From Minisyncoccota bacterium (lineage in GTDB: Bacteria; Patescibacteriota; Minisyncoccia; Phycocordibacterales; UBA5272), in contig JAGORG010000002.1 in NCBI GenBank assembly GCA_018062965.1, positions 1,860-65,859 of the forward strand: DNA of 64,000 nucleotides, written 5' to 3'. Position 1 is the first letter of the stretch; each line of letters begins with the position of its first letter. The notes beneath the pieces are model-generated. The model saw nothing but the letters and a program-made list of their open reading frames with translations. It searched no databases and was not told the origin of the DNA. Below are positions 57,376-64,000 of the stretch, piece after piece. Position numbers and translations under genes: made by a program.

Positions 57376-58602
57376 CTACCTTCCTTTTACCCCAACCGAA
57401 TACCTTTGTAGGAAACCTCCACGGTCTATAGCTTTTATAGCAACCGCCATCGCAAAAATAAGTATCGAAAGCGAAATATATGCGTTTCCGGGACTTGTCA
57501 TATCCATAAGAATCCCAACCGTGAGCGGACCAATCATTTCTCCTATACTTGAGACACTGCGCATAACACCCTCCACTCGTCCAAAGTGCTCTGGTTTAGT
57601 CGACGACGCAATGAGCTCGTTACTACCCACCGAAATAAGTTCAAGGATACTACTGATCGCAAACATAATAGCAATCTTCCAGTACAGGCTAGTCATAAAC
57701 GCAAGTGACGCCAAAAGAAATGCAAACAACACCAAACCAGTAACCAAAGACTTATACCCTGTTTTATCAAACACCCTCCCAAGATTCCAACCAGTAAGTG
57801 TAGGAAGTGCGTACGCAATACCCATCAGTATCACAGGTGTCAGACTCCCTCCTTCTTTGTAGACTTCAATAGGCAAAAAGAATACAACGACAGCACCAGT
57901 AAATGCTATGAGAAAATTAAATCCAAGAATCCCTTTCAAAAAAAGCCCCCAGCTTTTTACTTCCTTCCAGAGGTTTATTGAAAAAGCGTGTGGAATAGCG
58001 TGGAACTTCTCTTCGTGTTTACGAAATGTAAGGATAACCAACAGACTTAAAAATGAAAAAGGAGTGATGAGGAAAAGGAGCGTAGTGATAGAAACGTATT
58101 TAACCAACACAATACCAATAAGCGCAGCCGCTATCCACCAAAAGTTAGCAACAGTATCGAAATAGCCAAACACCGTGGCAACTTTGTTCTTGGCTGCGTG
58201 CCGCATAATATACGTCTCTCTTCCCACTACATCTAACCCCCAACTCACACCGTTAATCAATCTAGCAATAACAATAAATACTACAAGCCCTGTTACCCCT
58301 GCCAAAAAGTAGCCCAAGCCCACAAATAGATACAAACACGCCCCGACTAAAATAAGCGTAGTTGCACGAACTCTATCAGCTAATATACCGATAACGGGAA
58401 GCGCTAAAATAAATGCGATATCAAACGAAGCTTTCAAAAATCCCGCTTCCGCAAAACTGTTTCCAAAAGAAAAAAGGAGTACTGGGATGAGCGACTCAGC
58501 GAAACCCCAACCAAACCAACGTACACTTGTAATAAAAGTAATAACTTTTACACCGTACGGGATGTCCTGGCTATCCAAAAGAAGCCTGAGTTTAGCTAAC
58601 AT
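57376..58602 (-). CDS. MFS transporter
   Basis: About 12 hydrophobic helices, 408 aa. Confidence 0.7.
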   Translation of the reverse strand: MLAKLRLLLDSQDIPYGVKVITFITSVRWFGWGFAESLIPVLLFSFGNSFAEAGFLKASFDIAFILALPVIGILADRVRATTLILVGACLYLFVGLGYFLAGVTGLVVFIVIARLINGVSWGLDVVGRETYIMRHAAKNKVATVFGYFDTVANFWWIAAALIGIVLVKYVSITTLLFLITPFSFLSLLVILTFRKHEEKFHAIPHAFSINLWKEVKSWGLFLKGILGFNFLIAFTGAVVVFFLPIEVYKEGGSLTPVILMGIAYALPTLTGWNLGRVFDKTGYKSLVTGLVLFAFLLASLAFMTSLYWKIAIMFAISSILELISVGSNELIASSTKPEHFGRVEGVMRSVSSIGEMIGPLTVGILMDMTSPGNAYISLSILIFAMAVAIKAIDRGGFLQRYSVGVKGR

Positions 58603-58658
58603 GTTGGGTCAGTATATCATGCAGACTTTTCCAAGTTAGGCCATACCTACGCCTCCTC

Positions 58659-60107
58659 CTAACTTTCTGTATTGACTTGTGGGTCAAAAATACTTGGTTC
58701 TTGCTGTATTCCTTGGACTATCTGAGATATTCTCGTAGATCCATAGATAGACGGCATGATACCTACACCATTACAGCCGAGGTTGTAGATAAGTGTTCTG
58801 TTGAGAGGTTCTTCTCCGATGAGTCGCAAACCCGTAGTGGTATACCCGAGGAGTCCATGCCAGCAAAACTGATACTCAACTTTTTCCCCTGGATGCTTTT
58901 TGTAGTTCTCCTTCAAAAAAGCGTCAACATCTTGTTCTGCCCATGGTTCACACATGTCATTTCTGTTATAGAATTCCCCTTCTCTCAAAATCCTTTCTGG
59001 ACCGCCGGTAGATATGAGCCCCATCTCTACACCGTTGTGCATATGAGGTCTGCGGGTGATATAAAAGTACTGCTCTCCAGTTATTGTATCTTTTGGACCG
59101 TGTATTGATGATTTCTTTGGAAAGTAACTTATCGCGACTGGATCCTTTTCGAGACTATCCAAATACGCTGACATAAAATTGATACGTCCGTAGAGCTGAT
59201 GGTGGAACTTTGTATCTATATCTTTACCGGCGTTATTCACCAGACTGAACCCTTCAAAACCATTCGTACACAAAATAACTTTCTTTGATGCGATAGTCAC
59301 GTCCGGTGTAGCATTGTCGGCAATCATCTCGTTTTTATTAAACACAACCTCAGTGAGTGCGCTATCCTTGTCCAAGATGATTCTATTGGCTGGAGTTTTT
59401 TCGTATACACCAAATCTATCTGCATATGTTTCGAGCATGTACTCGATGAGCTCTTCGCATATCTTTGCACTATTGGTTGCACCTTTTGGATATACAAGCA
59501 TCGCAACATAATCGTCACTCCCAGTCTCGAGCATCTTCTTGATATTTTCTTGTGTGGTTATTTCGTAGAGATGAGAAAAAATACTAGGTATCTGACTCAA
59601 AAATGCAAAGTTATCCGCAATGAGCATTTTTTCTATAGGGATACCTCCATCGTACCGTATCATATTATCCGCCAGATGCGAGATAACTTGAGAGAGCTGT
59701 GTCATGCCAGCATACCCGGTAAACTTGTATATCGGCGTTTTGAGGTCTACCTCTTGTTGTATCTTGTCTAACTCAAGCCATGCGGACTCAACATTTTTCT
59801 GAGCAGCACATGCAAGGTCCACTCCAAACTGAGAAGCGATGTCTGCCAATGGTCGTTCAAAGTATGTAGTGAGCTGTCCCGCATTGTGACCACTTGCTCC
59901 ATGCCCAACTAGATAGCTATCGATGAGCGTGACAGTGTGTTTGGTATCTCGCAAGAGCGTGTATGCAGTAGTAACCCCTGCGATACCACCACCCACTACC
60001 AATATATCTGTTTCGAGGTTCCTATCTAAAACAACAGACTCTCGCGTTCTTTCTAGCTGATGCAGCCATGGGGACAAATTCTTTTTCATGTCGATATAGT
60101 GTAGCAA
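58659..60107 (-). CDS. FAD-dependent oxidoreductase
   Basis: Rossmann dinucleotide motif VVGGGIAGVTTAY at the N-terminus. Confidence 0.7.
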   Translation of the reverse strand: MLHYIDMKKNLSPWLHQLERTRESVVLDRNLETDILVVGGGIAGVTTAYTLLRDTKHTVTLIDSYLVGHGASGHNAGQLTTYFERPLADIASQFGVDLACAAQKNVESAWLELDKIQQEVDLKTPIYKFTGYAGMTQLSQVISHLADNMIRYDGGIPIEKMLIADNFAFLSQIPSIFSHLYEITTQENIKKMLETGSDDYVAMLVYPKGATNSAKICEELIEYMLETYADRFGVYEKTPANRIILDKDSALTEVVFNKNEMIADNATPDVTIASKKVILCTNGFEGFSLVNNAGKDIDTKFHHQLYGRINFMSAYLDSLEKDPVAISYFPKKSSIHGPKDTITGEQYFYITRRPHMHNGVEMGLISTGGPERILREGEFYNRNDMCEPWAEQDVDAFLKENYKKHPGEKVEYQFCWHGLLGYTTTGLRLIGEEPLNRTLIYNLGCNGVGIMPSIYGSTRISQIVQGIQQEPSIFDPQVNTES

Positions 60108-60139
60108 ATATACGTTAGACTTTTACACCAATGCGTTTG

Positions 60140-60598
60140 TTATTCAGCCAGGTCTTTGATAATCACTTTCTTCATATTTAAGAGCTTTTCCCATGCTTGT
60201 GGTTGTAACATGAGCGTCTCTATGTTTTCTGGATTTACTTGCCACGACATTCCATATTTATCCTTGCACCATCCGCACACACTTTCGCTACCACCATCTG
60301 ATGTTAGCTTGTCCCAGTAGTAGTCTATCTCTGCTTGGTCTTTGCATGAGATATTAAATGAAACAGCTTCATTGAAGGTAAATTCGTCCCCAGCGTTGAT
60401 TGCTACATACTCTTGCCCAAAGAGTTCAAAATAGATAGCGAGAGGTTTCCCAGCGAATGGCTTTTGAAAGTCGAGTAGCCCTTCAGTTGGATAGTACGAT
60501 GTAGTGATGATTTTTCCATCTGGAAAAACAGACAGATAAAACTGTACAGCTTCTTCTGCGTTACCTTTGAACCACAAGTTTGGAGTTATTTTTTGCAT
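60140..60598 (-). CDS. VOC/glyoxalase-fold protein (PhnB-like)
   Basis: ITPNLWFKGNAEEAVQFY... matches PhnB-like 3-demethylubiquinone-9 methyltransferase-domain proteins. Confidence 0.65.
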   Translation of the reverse strand: MQKITPNLWFKGNAEEAVQFYLSVFPDGKIITTSYYPTEGLLDFQKPFAGKPLAIYFELFGQEYVAINAGDEFTFNEAVSFNISCKDQAEIDYYWDKLTSDGGSESVCGWCKDKYGMSWQVNPENIETLMLQPQAWEKLLNMKKVIIKDLAE

Positions 60599-60644
60599 AT
60601 ATTGTTAGTGTACTACAGTAAATTATCCTCGGAATATGGCTAGA

Positions 60645-60926
60645 CTACATTGTAAGTGTTGGATATACGTGATCTGGATTCCTATCTTTTTCTTCCTCTT
60701 CGATCAAAACGAATCGCTTCTTTCCTTCACTGTTTACACCAGTAAATTTTTCAATTGAAGTTATATACAACTGCCCATGATCGTAGAGTGCTCTATAAAC
60801 AACATAAAAGTTGTCACCCTCCATGTCGCTGTTCTTGGCAATATCCACCACGATGTACCTATTACCACGATAGTGTTCGTATATTCTATTTCTTTCAATC
60901 TCTGTTTCTAGTTTTTTAAACTTCAT
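60645..60926 (-). CDS. DUF1653-like small protein
   Basis: YEHYRGNRYIV ... VVYRALY pattern. Confidence 0.5.
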   Translation of the reverse strand: MKFKKLETEIERNRIYEHYRGNRYIVVDIAKNSDMEGDNFYVVYRALYDHGQLYITSIEKFTGVNSEGKKRFVLIEEEEKDRNPDHVYPTLTM

Positions 60927-60964
60927 ATATTTCTCATGGTAGCACTAATTGATAACCCCCTAAA

Positions 60965-61011
60965 GGGACTGCGATTTCAAAAGATTGAGTACAATCTAAG
61001 AAATCGGGAGC
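60965..61011. repeat. 47 nt core repeat, about 90% identical to the loop of the 18404-18495 hairpin (opposite orientation)
   Basis: gggactgcgatttcaaaagattgagtacaatctaagaaatcgggagcc versus the reverse complement of 18424-18474. Confidence 0.7.
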
Positions 61012-61134
61012 CATACGCTCCGCTTCGGGTCACAGCTTTCTGCTGCGCCTCAAGCTGTGACCCTAAGCCTAAATAATTGGAAACCCATTATTGGAGATAT
61101 AAGACTGTTTGCGGAATTCCAGAGAAGTTTTGTC

Positions 61135-61740
61135 TTAAATGTATAAGAAAGTAAAAGATATAATAAAAGCCATAAGTCCAAAGAAAATAGGCTCTTTGAG
61201 AAATCGTCGTAACGTTTTTACTACTGCAAAACCTGCTATGAAATAAAATGGCATTACAAGAATGGTGGTTAAGTGGAAAAGGTCTGGCGGAAAGTAAAAG
61301 AAAATGTAGGTATTAAATACTAGAAGAGATGCTACGTTCAGTAACGCCTCAAGTGCTAAGGCGTCTAGTGCCATAACAATACCCCAGAAAGTATTACTTT
61401 TCCTCGTAAGTGTTGGATCAATTTTTGTGTGGAGTAAATATAAATGAAATCCATAATATATTGACCATATAAAAAATGAATATAGCGAAGTGTCTCCTCC
61501 GTGAACTGGAAAAACTTGGTATTGCCAAAGTGAATGACCAAACACTGTTCGACAAAATGTATTTATAACAACTTCACCAAATGGACCGATGAGCGCAAGT
61601 GTTCCACAGTAAACAAACAACTCGGATAAACGAATTTTGATTAAACCTTTATTGAGAAGGGAGTGTATTGTGTACAGCACCGCCCCCAACAAAATAAGCA
61701 GTGCTACAAGTGAAATTAGATTAGGTTCAAAAGCTAGCAT
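61135..61740 (-). CDS. polytopic membrane protein (201 aa)
   Basis: 5-6 hydrophobic helices. Confidence 0.5.
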   Translation of the reverse strand: MLAFEPNLISLVALLILLGAVLYTIHSLLNKGLIKIRLSELFVYCGTLALIGPFGEVVINTFCRTVFGHSLWQYQVFPVHGGDTSLYSFFIWSIYYGFHLYLLHTKIDPTLTRKSNTFWGIVMALDALALEALLNVASLLVFNTYIFFYFPPDLFHLTTILVMPFYFIAGFAVVKTLRRFLKEPIFFGLMAFIISFTFLYI

Positions 61741-61747
61741 GTATCTG

Positions 61748-61819
61748 TGACCCTACGCGGAATCGAACCGCGCTTCCAGGCATGAGAAGCCTGTGTCCTA
61801 ACCGATAGACGATAGGGCC
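61748..61819 (-). tRNA. tRNA-Glu (CTC)
   Basis: Anticodon arm CAGGCTTCTCATGCCTG. T-arm CGCGGTTCGATTCCGCG. Confidence 0.7.
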
Positions 61820-61912
61820 ATATTTATTTTATATTTTTAGAAACATGAGCTTTAGAAACTATTTTACTTTGGACACAGGAGACCTGCTTAGCCTCCCGGC
61901 ACGATGTGCTCA

Positions 61913-61937
61913 TCGCCTAACCGATAGACGATAGGGC
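61913..61937 (-). pseudogene. 24 nt duplicate of the tRNA-Glu 5' end
   Basis: GGCCCTATCGTCTATCGGTTAGG repeated 116 bp upstream of the intact gene. The following sequence contains CCTGTGTCC, complementary to tRNA positions 22-30. Confidence 0.55.
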
Positions 61938-62121
61938 CAAGTATTTTATTTGTTTAAAACATGAACTTTGAACACCTTAGAAACAGGACCAAAGTACCCG
62001 AAACTATACCATATTTAGGGTAACTTTTCACGTCATGGACAGCATTTGATATTCCACCAAAAAAGGAATAGTATGGGACTTAAGAACGTTCCTTAATCAA
62101 CAACCAACCTGGAGGTGAACC

Positions 62122-62694
62122 ATGAACAGAGTTCTGATGTCGGCCATCATATTGTCTGTTGCCCTGAAAGCAGTTGCGGCGGTTCAGACTGAGAAAGCTC
62201 CACAACCACCTGAAGCAGAGGAGGCACTGTATGACGTTAGAAACAGCCTTCTTGACGAATTCATTGGTTCAGAGCTATGGCGTAAAAACAAGAGCACAAT
62301 AAACGTCTACGACCAAGGAAACCTTGTTTATGTCGCGATAAGAAAAGAAGTAGAGGCGGGTTTAGAAGATGTAGGCATACCTCTTGGTGTTCCTTACATC
62401 AACAAAATACTTACGTCAGTAAACCCAAGAAGGCAGCCTCACGGAACCGTCATCACAGCGAAGCATCTGACAATAGAAAAAGGTTCAAACGAAGCAGAAG
62501 AATCTGTGATGACTGTGACAGTCGAGCGAGAACCAAATGTGGTAACTCTGACATATGAAGTACGTGACGGAGACCGTTTAAACAAAACGATCGAACGGTT
62601 CTCGCCAACGTCTAATTTACCAACCAGTGTAGAGATAATGCACTTTCAGGACGGTAAACTGTTAGAACATTACATCAAAACAAAACAAAGATGA
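62122..62694 (+). CDS. secreted hypothetical protein (190 aa)
   Basis: GGAGG ribosome binding site and a signal peptide MNRVLMSAIILSVALKAVAA. Confidence 0.55.
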   Translation: MNRVLMSAIILSVALKAVAAVQTEKAPQPPEAEEALYDVRNSLLDEFIGSELWRKNKSTINVYDQGNLVYVAIRKEVEAGLEDVGIPLGVPYINKILTSVNPRRQPHGTVITAKHLTIEKGSNEAEESVMTVTVEREPNVVTLTYEVRDGDRLNKTIERFSPTSNLPTSVEIMHFQDGKLLEHYIKTKQR

Positions 62695-62742
62695 ACAAAA
62701 CCCGACGTATAGCGTCGGGTTTTTATCTGCGTCACTATCCTT

Positions 62743-64000
62743 TTATCTATGCGCCCATTCTTTTTCTTGGCGGACAAGAACACGCTTTGGATCATGAGAT
62801 TCTGCGAGAATCATTTTGACGGCGTGTTCCATGCGTACACTTTGTGACCCTTTCATGTACACTGCATCTCCTGGTTGTATCATCTCAACGAGTGCTTTAC
62901 CTGCTTCGATTGAACTATCAAATCCTAAAATATTTTCATCAAGCATCCCAGCATCAAGCGCCCCCTCTACAATTGCTCGTGAACGAATACCAACAGCAAT
63001 GAGTCTATGTGCGTTTTGCGCTACCATCTTTCCAATACGATAGTGTTCATCACGAGTAAATTGTCCAAGTTCAAGCATGTCCCCGAGCACTGCTATTTTA
63101 CGCTTTACATCAAGAGAGCCGAGTGTTTCGATTCCATGTTCTGTTGCTTTTGGTGAAGCGTTGTATGTATCATCGATAATCAATGAGTTGTTCATGCCTT
63201 GCAAAAGCCTCATGCGCCCTTTTGGTTTGTCTGCTTCACGAAGCGATGCACATGCAACTTCAAATGGAATTCCAAGCTCACGAGCAACAGCAAGCGCAGG
63301 AAGCGCAGCGTAGATAGGAGACTTGCCTAACACCTCACCAAGAGCAATATGGTGCGTCACACCGTCAACTACAATATCTGCCTGAGTACCTTCGATTGGG
63401 CTACCATATGTCGTTACGTTTGTTGCCTGTATATCTGCTGGTTCATGGATACCGATACTTGTTTTTCGAGCATTTGTTTTGTGAATAAGGACTTCACGTG
63501 CATCGTGATCATCTGCATTCCAGATAAATAGCCCATCATTTTTAAGCGCCTCTACTAGATATCCTTTTTCGCGTACTACAGCGTCTCTGTCCTTAAAAAA
63601 TTCAACATGCACAGGCACTTGCCCAAACTGAGTTACCACCACAACATCTGGGTGAACCCATTGTGTTATTTTTTTAATATCATCTGGTCTATCTGCACCA
63701 ATCTCAAGCACGAGGTGTGTTGGATAAACCTTGCTCCACGGAGTGAACAATCCCCGAAGAAGAATCGTGAACCATTTGCTCGGACTACTCCAACCGGACT
63801 TTTCCCCCAAGATAGTGAGCGGTACACCGAACTCGCTATTCAAACTCTTTTCGCTGCGACGAACATGGACATGTTCTTTCATGACCGCATAGATGTCATC
63901 TTTGGTAGAGGTTTTTCCCAAGTTTCCAGTAACACCAATAATAAAAGGTTTCTTTTTCTTGAGAACAAGCTTTGCTTCGAGTGTGAGCAGGTAGATGATG
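62743..64000 (-). CDS. murF: UDP-MurNAc-tripeptide--D-Ala-D-Ala ligase (MurF), N-terminus beyond window end
   Basis: Mur ligase P-loop G(N)LGKTST. The frame stays open upstream to base 64000. C-terminal IIDDTYNASPKA block. Confidence 0.75.
   Translation of the reverse strand, partial: IIYLLTLEAKLVLKKKKPFIIGVTGNLGKTSTKDDIYAVMKEHVHVRRSEKSLNSEFGVPLTILGEKSGWSSPSKWFTILLRGLFTPWSKVYPTHLVLEIGADRPDDIKKITQWVHPDVVVVTQFGQVPVHVEFFKDRDAVVREKGYLVEALKNDGLFIWNADDHDAREVLIHKTNARKTSIGIHEPADIQATNVTTYGSPIEGTQADIVVDGVTHHIALGEVLGKSPIYAALPALAVARELGIPFEVACASLREADKPKGRMRLLQGMNNSLIIDDTYNASPKATEHGIETLGSLDVKRKIAVLGDMLELGQFTRDEHYRIGKMVAQNAHRLIAVGIRSRAIVEGALDAGMLDENILGFDSSIEAGKALVEMIQPGDAVYMKGSQSVRMEHAVKMILAESHDPKRVLVRQEKEWAHR

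Noticed and set aside
1-64000. Alternative genetic code (UGA recoding, as in some CPR lineages) or a CRISPR array
   Set aside because: Very long ORFs (rpoB, rpoC, ligA) are uninterrupted under the standard code. No array of short direct repeats with uniform spacers was seen anywhere in the window.

Overview
This 64 kb window looks like a small, moderately AT-rich bacterial genome. Long uninterrupted ORFs such as rpoB and rpoC argue for the standard genetic code. Gene content is consistent with a Patescibacteria/CPR-like organism, but that is inference only. The window has three parts. (1) Conserved housekeeping core: a miaA fragment, gatB, obg, the dnaG-rpoD pair, rpoB-rpoC, a DEAD-box helicase, prmC, gatC-gatA-ligA, and murF truncated at the window edge. 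(2) A complete type IV pilus locus at about 30.5-41.5 kb next to comF: four minor pilins, pilD, the major pilin, pilC, pilT, pilB and PilM/N/O-like genes. (3) Several accessory or rearranged regions. An array of four small genes at 20.1-22.3 kb has elevated GC, and each gene carries its own near-consensus sigma70 promoter and stereotyped terminator. A tRNA cluster at 24.85-25.29 kb sits next to an unusual membrane protein with TSP3-like calcium-binding repeats, a His-rich segment and a DUF4145/HEPN-like C-terminus. A mosaic island at about 45.8-53.9 kb carries two C39-like peptidase paralogs, short repeated leader elements, an AT-rich islet, and a ddl-XRE-C39 module bracketed by about 205 bp near-perfect inverted repeats. 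Next to that module, a large serine recombinase gene is bracketed by a second pair of 120 bp inverted repeats; its 3' end lies inside the repeat and overlaps the 3' end of a tRNA. The island continues into a second tRNA hotspot that holds a YhbQ-like GIY-YIG gene between a partial and an intact tRNA-Ser copy. Partial 5'-half tRNA duplicates recur upstream of intact tRNAs at three places. Long hairpin elements and a roughly 47 nt core repeat occur at two distant loci. All functional calls rest on motif recognition by eye. No database searches were run.
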